Origin: Carcharhinus amblyrhynchos
Taxonomy: Eukaryota
DNA: 64,000 nucleotides
Reading direction: 5' to 3'
Assembly (NCBI GenBank): GCA_965287045.1
Contig: CBDIYR020000010.1
Location: forward strand, 1,550,001 to 1,614,000
How positions within the stretch are numbered: position 1 is the first letter of the stretch; each line of letters begins with the position of its first letter. The position numbers and the translations under genes were made by a program. This document shows positions 1 through 12,478 of this stretch, one piece after another. The notes below the pieces were generated by a model, which saw only the letters and a program-made list of their open reading frames with translations, was not told the origin of the DNA and did not search any database.

Positions 1-794
1 CAGACACCAACGCAAATTATTGACTCTCCAGAGGTTTCCAAAGCTTTACTGCCAAAAACCAATCTACCGAAATCTCACCTTGGTAGGCAAACCCAGCTTC
101 CCTCGCGAAAACAGCGCGGAACAATACTCCGTATTGTAGGCAAAATCTCAGTGTGTTGTGTTTTTGCAGTACGCATTTGTTACACCAACCACCGTAATAA
201 AACCCCCAAAAATGAAATTGCTTCCCAAATTGTTTGGGATACCTCCTGGTGAATGCTCAAAGTGCCTTGCACATATTCATATATCACAGTTGCGTGAATG
301 CAAATCACAGAAGGGGATCATTCGGCCCATCAGCTCGGTGCTGTAGTTAATATTCCATACATGCCTCATCATAATGCCTCTTCCTTTCACCCCATCAACA
401 GAACCTTCTTTTTTTCTTCCTGGTGCCTCCTCCATTCTTATCAATTCTCTTTGTTTGTGACATTCATCTCAGCCATTCCCTCTTCTCGCGAGTTCCACGT
501 TCTTCCACCTTTTTCCCTCGGATAAGATAATGGAACATTCTCAAATCACGTACCGACAGTCTCTAAAACGGCATCTCCCCTGCTTGCCTGCCAACTGTGT
601 TTTGGATGGACCTGCCATATGTTAACCTGATCTTTCTCTGCACCCGAGCCATAACTGGAGATTTATATTCTGCACCTTTTTCATTTCCTTCTCCTCTATG
701 TACTCTATGAACGGCAAGTTTTGACCATATAACGCACGAGAAAAGCATGTTTCATTGCATACCAATACACGTGACAATATGAATGAACTCAAGT

Positions 795-1150
795 CATAGA
801 TCACAGAACATAGATGATAGCATCCCTACAGCGCAAAAGGAGGCCATTCGGCACATCGAGTTCGCAACGAAAACAATCCCACCCAGGCCCTATCCCTGTA
901 ACCCCATGTGTTTACTCTGTCAAGTCTGCCTGTCACCAGGGAGAATTTAACATGGCCAATCCGTCCAACCCGCACATCCTTGGACTGTGGCAGGAAAGTA
1001 GTGCACGTGGACAAAACCCACGCAGGTACAGGGAGAATGTGCAAACTCCACACAGATAGTGACACCTGCTGGGAATCGAACCAGGTCACTGCAGCTGCGA
1101 GGCGACAGTGCTAACCTCACTGGCACCGTGCCACCCCCACCGTGCCACCG
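795..1150 (-). mobile_element. tRNA-derived V-domain SINE (HE1-like)
   Basis: Reverse strand shows a tRNA head with A/B boxes, the V core (TGTGTGGAGTTTGCACATTCTCC) and a CR1-type tail. Many further copies, e.g. 1183-1480, 21920-22230, 38240-38605, 43345-44015. Confidence 0.85.
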
Positions 1151-1974
1151 CCAATAACTATGACAAAATTAAATCAAGTCATAAAAACTCGAACAGTGCA
1201 GGAAGAGGCCATTCGGCCCATCGAGTCTGCACCGGCCACAATCCCACCTATGTATTATCAACTAATCCCTCTAAGCTGCACAACCCAGGACACTAAGGGG
1301 TAATTTAGCATGGCCAATTAACCTAACCCTCACATCTTTGGACTGTGGGAGGAAACCAGAGTACCTGGAGGAAACCCATGGAGAACATGCACACAGACAG
1401 TGATCCGAGCCTAGAATCGAACCCAGGTCCCTGGAGCGGAGAAGCAGCAGTGTTAACCCACTGTGCTACCATGCCGCCCTCGGCGTCTCGATGAATGTTT
1501 TATTTTACTTTTCCTGGAGAGCTTGCAAGAAACAATATTATTCATTGTTTCCTGATACATGTGACCATAATAAATCAAATACATTCAAATTAAATCAGAC
1601 CATATGTCCCCCAATCTCTGAATTCGCCATTGCATTTATTGGCCGCTATCTGAAACAGGTGACCAATTCATTTGAAACAGTACATGTGTCCTATCAACAA
1701 TTTCATACTTGGAACGTCTATTTCCTGTCAAGCCTCAATTTTCACTCGTTTTACAGAAAAGAGCTTCAGCCTATTCAATATTCCCTGATAGTTCGGAGCT
1801 ATCAGTTCTGCTGCAACACTTGTGAAGTATTTAGAGTAACGTTCCTACTGTTTCTTTAACGTCGCTAGATTTTGAAGAACCGTGCTTTGCTCTCCAAGTC
1901 TGGCCTAACTGCTCTGAGTAGATACCTGTGATATTTTGCAAAACATGCTGAGTGTGTACCAACACTTTGACAAT

Positions 1975-2070
1975 TAGTAAACAGGAAAACAACAGAGAGC
2001 TGTCTGCCTCTGTGCATTTTTTCAACCACAACCGTGTATTTATTAATATACACAGAGCGGAAACTTCACA
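1975..2070 (+). promoter_or_regulatory. Candidate promoter of gene A1 (ETS, RUNX and TATA-like motifs)
   Basis: ACAGGAAA (~1981), AACCACA (~2024), TATTAATATA (2041-2050) and GCGGAAAC (~2057) lie about 90-175 nt upstream of ATG 2156. All are conserved upstream of A2 (~44513-44600). Confidence 0.5.
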
Positions 2071-2155
2071 CCTCCCTCACGCAGAGAGAACAAGAGCGAG
2101 TTTTCAGTGAGATTCAGATCGGGGGCTCAAAGTCTCGCCGTCTGGATCAAGGACA

Positions 2156-2198
2156 ATGAGTTTCTTCGGTATCTGTGCATTGTTCCATCTCTTCCAGG
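2156..2198 (+). CDS. Gene A1 exon 1, signal peptide (MSFFGICALFHLFQ)
   Basis: ACAATG start, hydrophobic peptide, phase-1 donor G|GTGAGA. Splices in frame to 3176 to complete the leader (VTVSHS). Conserved in A2. Confidence 0.85.
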
Positions 2199-3175
2199 GT
2201 GAGATATCCTCATTATATTCAGATAGAGTGGAGAAGAATTTACACTGGCTAATTAACAATGAGCAGTTTCCAATGTCAGTTTGGTCAGTAGCCACAGAAA
2301 AAAAAACAGGTGGGAGATGATCGGTAATTGTAAGGAGGGGGGACCGAACGTGTTTTTTTTAATGCAGCGAGTTGTTATGATCTGGACGGTGCTACCTGAA
2401 ACGGCGGCGGAAGCTGATTCAATAGAAAGTTTCAAAACGGGGGAATTGGAGAAATAAGGGGCCAGGATTAGCTGTGATATTCGTGGGAAAGAGGAGGGCG
2501 AGTGACCAACTGGAAAAGTCTTTCAAAGCTCCAACACTGACACGAAGGGTCGAATGGTCTCCCTCCCAGATATACAGAACTGTGAGATGAAACTCAGCAT
2601 GCAAGATTTAGTTAACAACAAATGTATTAAAGTTTTAAGTTTATCTATTAGTGTCGCAAGTAAGCTGACATTAACTCTGCAACACAGTGAGAAATGTAAT
2701 GTATCTATCAATGAATTGAATGGAAATCAAGACGAATTGTCATCAAATAAGTGAGTTGGTATCATTTACACCATTGGGGAGCGGGGTGGGTGTTGTAGTC
2801 AGTTAACTGACTTTATAAACACTTGAAGAAAAGTCAAGCGCCCAACGTTAGCAGAGAGAAAAAAAAACAAGTGTTGGGTGAGAGAAAGTATCAGTGAATT
2901 CTGAAGTATTTTAATTCATTTCATCCTCACTGGTCCCATGTATCCATTCCGATGTTTACATTAGATTTTCTGGTGAATAGACTCGGATTACGCTCTGGAG
3001 AAAACAGCGCAACCGACACAATAATCAGCGCGATTTTAAGTGTTCCTGAGCTGGGCACCTCGTATTTTTGCCCTTGTTTCTCGATTTGCCCCTTTATTGG
3101 CATTTGTTTGACCAGGGCTGATTTCAGGCAGGACAACTTGGAATGACTCTTGCTCTTTCTCTCTCTCCTTCTCAG

Positions 3176-3514
3176 TCACAGTGTCTCATTCTATCTTGTC
3201 CCAGTTTCCACCGGTTCAGACACTTCCAGAGGGAAGCCGTGCTAAGCTGAGCTGCCGCATCCTGACTTCAGGAGATCCTGCAGTCTATTGGTACATGCAA
3301 TCGGAGCGAAACCAAATAAAATTGGTGCCCAGAAAGGACAAGTACCTCGAGGATTCCAGGATCGTGGCAAATATGAATTCTGTAATCGTGGCTGGTAATT
3401 CACTGCTGATTACGGATACCCGGAGAAATGATTCTGGGATCTATTACTGTGCAACCCGCGATCTCAAAAATAGATTACTGGTATTCGGAAAAGGATCCAA
3501 GTTAGTAATTACAG
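3176..3514 (+). CDS. Gene A1 exon 2, germline-joined V-J Ig domain
   Basis: Pyrimidine tract plus CAG acceptor. Canonical V-set motifs LSC, WY-Q and DSGIYYC, followed in the same exon by J motif FGKGSKLVIT. Phase-1 donor G|GTAAAT. Confidence 0.95.
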
Positions 3515-3615
3515 GTAAATTTTATCATTCTTCCATTGAAGTGGACATTTCAACAACAATTAAAACGCGTCCTGTTCTATCTGTTAATGGGCTCTCTCTG
3601 TTTTGCCGGATTTAG

Positions 3616-3938
3616 CGGACTCCCCCACCATATTCCTCCTCACCCCGCCGCGGCATCAGATTCCCGCCATGGAAAGGGTCCCCTTGTTGTGTTTGGTCAG
3701 AGGAGTGTCCCCCGATTCCATTTCCGTCCGCTGGAAGGTTTCCGGGCGGGATATCGCGGGACTGACCGATTCGGGGGCAAGAGAACCGGACGGCACCTAC
3801 ACCATCAGCAGTTCCATCAGTCTCCCGGCGGAAACTTGGAGAAGCGGCGCTCGCTGCACTTGCGCCGTTCAGGTCAACTCAGGAGGAAGTGTTTTCAGTG
3901 TAGGTGTCTCATCTCAGAGACCTATCTATTCACAATGA
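3616..3938 (+). CDS. Gene A1 exon 3, C1-set Ig constant domain, reading through to TGA
   Basis: TTTAG acceptor, phase 1. C1 motifs PTIFLL-P, LLCLVRG-SP--I-V-W, DGTYTISS-I, W-SG--CTC-V. Stop at 3936-3938; a possible internal phase-0 donor GTAGGT sits at 3900. Confidence 0.93.
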
Positions 3939-4534
3939 CCTCTTAAAACCCATCCGTTTAACGCGAATGTCAGACTTTACGCAGAGCTGTCTAATTTTAT
4001 AAGAAGTCTCTTCTCCCATGTGTTTCCACGTAAATCCGAAACAACTTTGACTGTCTCAGATCTCTCATTCGGTTAGAGTTCAGCCTGCTGAAAATTTAAT
4101 CTGCCCTCCACGAGAGAGCTGTTCATGTTCAGGACTGAGATGGTTGTTTCTGGTACAGATGGATGGAGAGATATAGGGAAATCACCGGAAGGTAACGTTA
4201 AATTAGCCATTTTGTTATAAAATGCCGGAGAAGCATCGAAAAATGGACTGGCTTCTCCGGGCTCCAACTCCCTATTTCCATATGTGTGGCTCCACCGTGT
4301 TGATATGGTTTGATTTATTATTATCACATCTAGTGGGACACAGTGAAAAGTTTTGATCCATGCACACTGCAAAGACAAAGACAAAACATACTATTGATAG
4401 AGTACATGGATTTGATTTAGTTTGATTATTGTCATATGTCTTTCGGATACAGCGAATAACACAATTTCTTGCGCTGTACGGACAAAACATAAAGCTCTTA
4501 GATTTGATCTGTTATTGTCTTAAGTTTTCAGATA

Positions 4535-4961
4535 AAAAGCCTGACAACACCAGGTTTAAGTCCAACCGATTTATTTGATAATAAACTCACAAGCTTTCGG
4601 GGTTTGTCACTTCGTCAAGTGAATGGAGAGTTCTGACCTCAGGCAGAGAATATAAAGCACAGACAGTTTACAGATTACAATGCGAATCTTTACACCTAAC
4701 CTGCTGTTCAAGTCCATTGTCGGCCACTTTAGGACTTGAACCGCGGGTTAGGTGGAAAGATTCGCGTTCTAATCAGTAATCTGTAAACTGTCTGTGCTGT
4801 TATGTGCTCTGTCTGAGGCCAGAACTCACCATTCACCTGACGACGAGACAAACCCCGAAAGCTTGTGAGTTTACTATTAAATAAAACGGTTGGACTTAAA
4901 CCTGGTGTTGTCGGGCTTTTTACCGTGTTTACCCCAGTCCAACGCCGGCATATCCAGATCA
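4535..4961. mobile_element. Penelope-like fold-back insertion with 14-bp TSD and degenerate hammerhead motifs
   Basis: Inverted arms ~4535-4715 and ~4732-4921. TSD TAAGTTTTCAGATA at 4521-4534 and 4962-4975. CTGACGA...GAAAGCTT at 4837-4864. Absent from the A2 paralog (~47725). Confidence 0.8.
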
Positions 4962-6555
4962 TAAGTTTTCAGATACAGTTGAAAACATTGCCTTATGCAC
5001 GCGATAACAAAAAAAAACTCAGCATCGTAGGGTACATAGATTTGATTTAATTTGATTTTGTTATTGTCATATTTATTGGGATACATTGAAAAGGATATTT
5101 TCCTATACAGACAAAAAAACCGTTCATAGAGTTCTGAGATTTGATTTTTTACACTCACATATGGTGGAATAGAGTGAAAGGTATTGCTCCTTGCGCGGGA
5201 CACAGGCCGAAAATACCATTTACATAGAACATGTGGGAGAAAGAAAGGGACGGGTTAGCATATAATACTACAGATTACTAGAAAGTATAAGAGAGTTAGA
5301 GTTAAGTTTTAAAAGAATAGAACGAAAGCCAGTGACAGAATTAATGGGTATACTGGGGGCAGCTCGCAAGAAACAGCCATGCCTTGGCGCCATCTTGAAT
5401 AGAGTTGGGAGTCAGTGGCCCGTGTCCCCGTGGGTTGAAATGAAATGTGTGATTACATTTCCATCGTATAACTTTATCACATCATGCCTACATGTAATGA
5501 TTGACTCGACCTTTCGCCTCTACTTCGAACTATCACAGTTAAACAAAGCGGCACATGCTATCTGATGGATCTGCCCAATTGTTTAACTTAGCGTCATTCA
5601 TCCTCTCTCTCCCTCTGTTATTCGGTTCATTTTGTTTCTGTATAATAATCTGTTATTCGCAGTGAGCTAGCCAACTCCCTACATATCACTCCCTCTCTTT
5701 TACTCTTTTCCCTCCATTTCCCTATTCTGCCCGCGTCGCCCAGTATTTAACTCTCTGTCTCTCCCCGATCCACCCGCCTTCTCCTCTCCCTCCTTTCAAT
5801 CCCCTTTTCCTCTTCCTTCCTGGGACATCGGCGTCGATGGCTGGCCAGCATTCATTGCCGATCCCTACTCGACACAGGGCAGTTATGTGTCAACCACATT
5901 CTCTCTTATCTCTCTATCTATAAGCGTAGAGAAGGGTCATGGGTGGAGAGGACACTCACAATGTTGAAATGGCGGTGCGGGCTCGTTCGGCCGAAGGGCC
6001 TGTTTCCCGCGCTGTGTTGTTCATTGTTCTTTGTTCTATCACCAGCTATTATTTTTTCTCTCGGTCTCTGTCTATTGAGATCTGTAATAGTCTCACTCTT
6101 GCTTGATTTCGTCCAGTTAAACGATGCTCCATTTAAATCGCCAGCTCTCTGTCTCAATGGATTCTTACTTCGGGTACTCTCTTTTTACATACGTGCCCTC
6201 TCCCTGTTACTTCTATCTGTCCCCTTATTCATATCCAAGTGAAACAATTCTGTATAATGTATCTGTTCTATCGCTCCCTTTTATCTTGGAATTACTCCTT
6301 TCAAATGTATCAATCTCTCTCTCTCTTTCACTTAACGATGATCTTTCGATTTTCGCTCTCTTTCCGTCACATTCAGTGTCTCTCTCCCCTGTGACCTGTA
6401 GAAAAAAATGTTCAGCGACTTCTCTGCTCCATCACGTGACGGCAGATCCAATGATCATTTTCGGGGAAATAGACAGGCAACTTTGATCAAATTGTTCACT
6501 TATCTAGGTTCCCCAAAAATTCTAATTAGAGGTGGAATATATTTTTCTTTTTCAG

Positions 6556-6670
6556 ATAATCTCGGAAAACACGCCGTGCATTGTTCCATTTTCAGTTGGG
6601 TTGTTGGCCATGACGCTGCTCCTTCAGGTCTGTGTGGCTGGGAGATGGAGCTGCAGGAATCGGCAGAGAG
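6556..6670 (+). CDS. Gene A1 probable stalk/TM exon (IISENTPCIVPFSVGLLAMTLLLQVCVAGRWSCRNRQR)
   Basis: Strong TTTTTCTTTTTCAG acceptor, stalk Cys, hydrophobic run, basic stop-transfer residues, donor AG|GTAGCG. The TM frame needs phase-0 entry, so the join to C1 is uncertain. Confidence 0.65.
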
Positions 6671-6802
6671 GTAGCGATTGTTTGGAGATTCTCCAACCCC
6701 GCGGCATCCTCAATCCACCCATTTATCACTGAATTATTGACACTGTGGACGAAATGTGTGAAGTGTGGCCATTTAGCCCGAGATTTTTTTTCTTCGAAAC
6801 AG

Positions 6803-6861
6803 GCAATGCCAGGAGTGATGAGGCCTTGACAGCGTCCAACTCACACATACAGAATGAAGAG
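6803..6861 (+). CDS. Gene A1 probable cytoplasmic exon (GNARSDEALTASNSHIQNEE)
   Basis: Poly-T/ACAG acceptor, phase-compatible with the TM exon, strong donor GAG|GTACGT. Confidence 0.6.
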
Positions 6862-7590
6862 GTACGTTTTATTTTCCGTAATGCGTGGTTATTTTTCCCT
6901 ACCTTTTCACCCAAGTTTAAAGTTCCTAATGAGCGCATGGCTCCAGAAAAAAAAAATCTCCAACTCTGGCGGCATCTGTGGAAACGGAAATATTTCGAGC
7001 CCTGGGGATACTTCTTAAACCATTGGCCGAATTCTCCAGCCCATCCCGCTGGCGCAGTTTTCCGGTCCGGCCATAAGCAACGCACCCCTGTCCATCCCCC
7101 CTTCCTCCACAGCAATGGAATGCGGGCCCGTTGTTGATCTTTGTGTGAACCTGGTTTCCCCCCATTTGCACCACTCTGCCGCCGGGGAACTCGCGGAGTT
7201 TCTTTTCTTTTGAAGTCGGTGGCACTGGAGGATGCAGCCGTGGATGGGGGGAGGGTTGGGGCCCGGGTTCAGCTGGGGATGTCCCGCCAAGGAAGCGGAA
7301 TAGTAACTTGGGAGCCACTGCGTCCATTTATGAAGTTGATTTTTCACACAATTGGGGTCAAATTTTGGAACAATCTCCCCGGGTAAAACAAAAGCTGATC
7401 AGGCCAGTTAACAGTTAGAATTTGCAAAACTCAGCTGGATAGATTTATATTCGGGAGACTATTAAAGAATATTTAAACAACGGTGGGAGCATGTGAGTTA
7501 AAATAATGTCAGTCTTGAAGGGCTGAATGGCCTCACCTATCCCTATAATGATGGCGTGGAGGACATTGACAAATCATTTTTCATCCACAG

Positions 7591-7635
7591 TCTGTTTCTC
7601 ATCATCTGCTCTCCAATGATGATCCCACACGCTAA
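7591..7635 (+). CDS. Gene A1 candidate terminal exon (SVSHHLLSNDDPTR*)
   Basis: TTTTTCATCCACAG acceptor in phase 0 and AATAAA at 7928-7933. An alternative acceptor at 7896 is also possible. Confidence 0.35.
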   Translation, partial: SVSHHLLSNDDPTR

Positions 7636-9079
7636 CTCGAGAAGAAAGTGAGAGAAAGAGAAAGAGAGAACCGTTTGTTTCCTCGACATCTATTGTAGAA
7701 ACATTCCTCTTGGTGCACGGTAAATTTTGAAGCTCCAACTGGAGCCCATTCGGGCGGATTGGCGGCTCAGCGCTGTGATGGCGCCCAAAGCGGATCGCAC
7801 TATCCCATCATGTCCGCCATTCTACAATGGAATATCGCCTGCAGCGCAATTTCACTGCTTCATGCTTCTAATTCTTCATGTCGTTTTTTTTTACAGTTCT
7901 GTTCCGCATTATCTACTTTAAATGAGCAATAAACAATTCAAAATATATCTGTATCCGAGTTACAAATTTGTTGAAACAGGTTTGGAATGTAAGCTGCATG
8001 ATTCCAGATTCTATTTGGGTTCAGCACAAACGCGTTTCCGGTGGCTCTTCAGCGAATTAACAAAGGCAGTTTTGCAGTGAATGTGTGTGCGTTTGGAAAT
8101 GGGTAAAGAACTGGCGAGGCAGTTGAGTCATTCGTTGGGGACTCTCGCTGGATTAATTAAAAATGCAGAGTGAGAGCATTCCTGAACTTGTTGTGCAGGG
8201 GTAATGAACACGTTTATTGCTGAGACAAAATTATTTCCAATCCATGTTCGCTTTGGATATCGTCGCTCAGTCGATTTTACAGGATCGGATCAGAGAACCT
8301 TACCGAAGTACAGCACAGAAAGAGCTTGTGTCGTATCTGTCGACTGTTTGAATCTGTGCCTTTGTTCCACATCCACAGCATGAACATTACGCTTATTTTT
8401 ATCAGCGATTACAATTACTTTCCTTCCCCCCTCTGCATGCTAACAATAGGAGACCATTCCGCAATTACAGTGAGTTAATTTCCACCAACCTGGAACAATA
8501 TCTTAACTCCACCGACGCAGCTCGCATCCATAAATCTATCCAGTTACCAAAAGGCAACCGATCAATTTCTGTTTTGACAGTTTCATTTTAGCCCTGGTCT
8601 CAGCAGTTATTTGAAGTTAAGAATTATAAATCCCCCTTTTCCTTTATTTGAAGTATTGTGAACACGTCACATCCAAAGGCACAGACTCCATTTTCTAGCA
8701 ACACCTTATCCAAACCACCGGCCGCCACGCCCCACCACACCCATCCCACTGTGACCATACCGTGCCTTAAACAAATGCATTTTAATCATGTTGTTCTGAA
8801 GGATATCTGCAGCAGTCCCTGGAATCTAATGCAAACTTTTTCTTTCTACAAACGGCATCCTCCATTGCTATTGAGACATCAAAATTGTTTCTATGTCTGC
8901 TTCAATCTGAACTCATGTAGTGATCTTTTATTGTGTTCCCTTGGGACTGCAGAGCAGATTTTGATCGGTATGAGTGACAGACCATGCCATATGAGCGTGG
9001 ACAACGAATCTTTCACAATAAATTCCAACTTAGTTGTTGTTTCCAGGTGTTCATTGATCTTGTCCGCCTTGTCAAGCCG

Positions 9080-9530
9080 GTCCGCCTTGTTGTCCAACGA
9101 GGGGCAGACACGCGATGGGTCGAACTTGGGCTGCTCTTGGTTGCTCGAGATTGGCCTAGTGCTTCATGTCGTTAGTGTGTGCCTAAACTGGACCAGATGC
9201 TGCGCAAGACGACAGCTCAGTGACTATCACTGATTGCTGTGCAGACACATGGATTTGGGCCGGTGTCTGTGGGAGTTTGCGCATTCTCCCCGTGCTTGCG
9301 TGGGTTTTCTCCGGGTGCTCCGGTTTCCTCCCACACCCCAAAGATGTGCTCTTAGGCTGATTGGCACTAATAAATTGTCCCTAAATTAGTTTCCCTCAAT
9401 GTGGATGGCCATAAAACAATAGATAAGGGTCATGGGTGGAGGGGGAGTACTGGTAGTGTTAAAATGGCGGCCCGGGCTCGTTGGGCCGAACGGCCTGTTT
9501 CCCGGGCTTTTTTGTTGTTCTTTGTTCTTT
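9080..9530 (+). mobile_element. Composite SINE: 5S-like head, decayed tRNA, V domain, CR1 tail
   Basis: Begins GTCCGCCTTGTTGTCCAAC, contains the V core, ends (TTTGTTC)n. Paralog at 52106-52568. Confidence 0.8.
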
Positions 9531-9897
9531 GAGATAGAACGATGCCAATGAGATGGAGAGGTTCTTCCCGCTCAGAAAGGACAGCAGGGCTAGAGGGCAC
9601 AGCCTCAAGATAGTTTGGGGATACAGTTTAGAACGGAGTTGAGGAGGAACTTTTTAACTCAAAGGGTACTGAATCTTTGGAATTCTCTGCCCGTTGAAGT
9701 GGTGGAGGTTACCTGGCTGAATATATTTAAGTCACGGTTAGATCGGTTTTTGGTCGGCAAGGGGATTAAGGGTTATGGGGAGAAAGAGGGAAAGTGGAAC
9801 TGGTCCACTTCAGATCAGCCACGATCTTATTGAATGGCTGGGCAGCCTCGAGGGGCTAGATGGCCTACTCCTGCTCCTATTTCTTATGCTCTTATGT
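9531..9897 (+). mobile_element. CR1-clade LINE 3' end
   Basis: Encodes FRTELRRNFLTQRVLNLWNSLP, then 3' UTR and tail. Confidence 0.85.
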
Positions 9898-11179
9898 AAT
9901 GCCAGTTTTCACCTTTCCCTGGAGATTTTGCTTTCTGAGTGTTGTTTTTTTGGAAGCTTCAGAGAGGGAGTAAAAGAAAGAGGTATTATGCTCTGTCCCT
10001 CAGACCTGAAACCTCGAAGCTGCCAGAGACTAGATTTATTTCACTGTTTTGCTGTCTTGGGCATATATACTTCTCTGAAAACCGGCTGTTCAGATTTCTG
10101 CCCATTGGTCTTAAGGACTGGAAATCTAGTATCGCGTGAGGAAATGTCTTTTTTGTGTTAAATAATTCTAAGGAAATTTGCATGCTAATGGGAGATATAT
10201 TTAAATTAGAACAACAGAGATAGATAGCTCGTATTATACGGTGTGATGTTTAAGTCTTGCAATTGGTAAACATTAAGCTACTTCTTTTTGTTATATTTTA
10301 ACTTTCTTCTTATATAAACTTTGTTTGATAAAAGTGTTCAAGTGGATCACTCGAATGATACTCGGAGTGAAACATCTTATGGTCACGATAATGTCACAAT
10401 CAAATTTAATTTTCAGGGTGTAGGTTAACTACACAATCCTTTGAAGATTCTGGCCTTGGCCTTCACACCACTCCCAGAGAAATTAGTTACTCTCGGTCGA
10501 TCCCAATATACATTCCGTTATTTTAGGAAAATCAGAACGCCCCTTAATCTTCGAAACTCATGGGGATACAAACATATTCTCTGCACCAGAAACACAGTTT
10601 CCCATTCTCTATGGTATTTTTTGCTTATTTCACTCTGCACTGTTTGAAATATAGAAATCTACATGATCAACAGTCAGTGATTTGCTCCCATTTGACCAAC
10701 TTTCTCGTTTCATCAGTTGCATTTTACCACTTAATCCACTGTTCCTATCCCCTGAACCATTCGCTGTGGTGGAAAGCCTCCAACGCCTCTTGCAGTGCAA
10801 TAGAATCATCAGTCCTAACAGAGACTAGTTAACAAGAAACACTTAATGTCCGCTGAAGTGATACACTTAATCTTGTGCCTCATTGATAATGAGAGATTCT
10901 CCGCGTTTTGTGTCTGTTCATCGGGTTATGCAGACATTAAAAACACCCTTCCGTGATTCCCTGGTACATCTTACTCCTCAGAAGAAAATAATGTGTTGAT
11001 AGTGTGTAGACAGTTTGTGAACAATATTGCCTCAATGTTCATTCCTGGATTATTCAGGCAATGGACCTGATTGAAAGATATCCGACGCCTGTATAGGTAC
11101 CCGGATGGTAACCAATGTCTGAAAACGCGGTTTAATGGACACCACGCAACAAATGTTTGCTTGGGTCAGAACCTGGACG

Positions 11180-12340
11180 GGCCTAGTCACTAGTGGTGTG
11201 CAGCAGGGCTCAGTACTGGGACCTCTTCTATTTGTAATATAAATAAATGACTTGGAAGAGGGAGTACGTGGTGTGATCAGCAAGATTGCAGATGACAAAG
11301 ATGTGCTCTTAGGCTGATTGGTTTTACCAAATTGACACTATTCTCCCCTGAATCTGGCTAAGTTAGGGGTTCCATTCGTAGACACGCAGGGTAGAATAGG
11401 TGTAGGAGGATGCAGCGGCGCGGGCTCCTTGGGCCGAAGGGCCTGTTTCCCGTGCTGGGTTGTTCTTTGTTCTTTGTTCTTTGTATGACACTAAGATGGC
11501 TGGACTGGCCGACAGTGAGGAGCAGTGTCAGGCAATACAACAGGATATAGATAGGCTGGCATATTGGGCAGATAAATGGCAGATGGAATTTAATCCTGAT
11601 AAATGTGAGGTGATGCATTTTGGGAGAAATAATGTTGGGCGGAGTTACATGATAAAGGGTAGACCTATAAAGAGTATAGAAACACAGACGGACCTGGGGA
11701 TGCAAGTGCACAAGTCTTTGAAGGTGGCAGGACAGGTGGAGAAGGTTGTGAAGAAAGCTTATGGTGTTTTGGCCATGATTGGAAGGGGTATAGAGTAAAA
11801 GAGCTGGAGTCCAATGTTGCAGTTGTATAGAACTTTGGTTAGGCCGCATTTGGAGTACTGCGTCCAGTTCTGGTCGCCTTACTACCGGAAAGACGTGGAG
11901 ACCCTGGAGAAAGTGCGGAGGAGGTTTACCAGGATGCTGCCTGGTATGGAAGGACCGGGTTATGCGGAAAGATTAGGCAAATTGGGGCTGTTTTCCCGAG
12001 AAAGACAGAGACTGAGAGGAGATCTAATAGAGGTATATAAGATTTTGAAAGGTATACATAGAGCAAACAGTGGTAAGCTTTTTCCTGGATTCGAAACACA
12101 CATTCCGAGGGGCCACGGGCTGAGGGTGAGGGGGGCGACGTATAATTCGGATGTTAGAGGGAGGTCTTTCACACAGAGGGTAGTGAGGGTATGGAATGCA
12201 TTGCCAAGTAAGGTGGTGGAGGCAGGCACGCTGGAGTTGTTTAAGAGATACTTAAGTAGGCACATGAGCGGGATGGAGATGGAGGGATATAGGAGATTGT
12301 TTTAAATAAGGTTCAGGAGCCTTGGGACATCCCTGGGAAT
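11180..12340 (+). mobile_element. CR1-clade LINE RT C-terminal fragment, interrupted by a SINE tail at 11298-11485
   Basis: RT motifs QGSVLGPLLF, ADD/DTK, WQMEFNPDKCEVMH, LYRTLVRPHLEYCVQFWSP. Confidence 0.92.
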
Positions 12341-12478
12341 CAACTGATTCCTATCGACCTTGCAACATATTTTCTGGCTCACTTGTTTTACTTTTGAGCT
12401 TCTGTGGATTCCCTTGAATGTTTGTATAAGGATGTGCACGTTATTGATGTTTTTCTCTTTTAATCCACAGGTGCTTCT

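Larger units (their letters stand above)
1..5502 (+). repeat. Segmental duplication, A-gene block, paralogous to ~42003-48285
   Basis: Colinear high-identity unique sequence from base 1 (CAGACACCAAC) and 42003 (CAGACATCAAC), with shared SINEs. Differs by copy-specific insertions. Confidence 0.95.

Noticed and set aside
3177-3183. CACAGTG heptamer at the start of the A V exon (also 45710, and at the B leader donors 30521 and 62445)
   Set aside because: No nonamer at 12 or 23 nt, and it lies in leader or splice sequence rather than at the V 3' end; not an RSS.
3176-3938. Conventional Ig light chain, TCR, IgNAR or NAR-TCR locus
   Set aside because: No separate RSS-flanked segments, tiny V-C introns and no C-terminal light-chain Cys. 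The B Trp-to-Cys spacing is VL-like rather than VNAR-short, and the tails are multi-exon.
5600-6400. Pyrimidine-rich tract and hydrophobic ORFs in the A1 intron; CA-rich tracts at ~21350-21480 and ~57120-57400
   Set aside because: Low-complexity sequence without splice-bounded exons.
6590-6650. TCR CART-like motif in the A1 TM (LLAMTLLL...W)
   Set aside because: Resemblance is limited to hydrophobic residues, and the conserved basic residues of TCR TMs are absent.
8658-9233. Long ORFs overlapping SINEs or antisense LINEs (also 20003-20707, 25154-25678, 28602-29201, 57942-58421, 59764-60294)
   Set aside because: They run through repeats or antisense exons, mostly start at non-ATG codons and carry no protein motifs.
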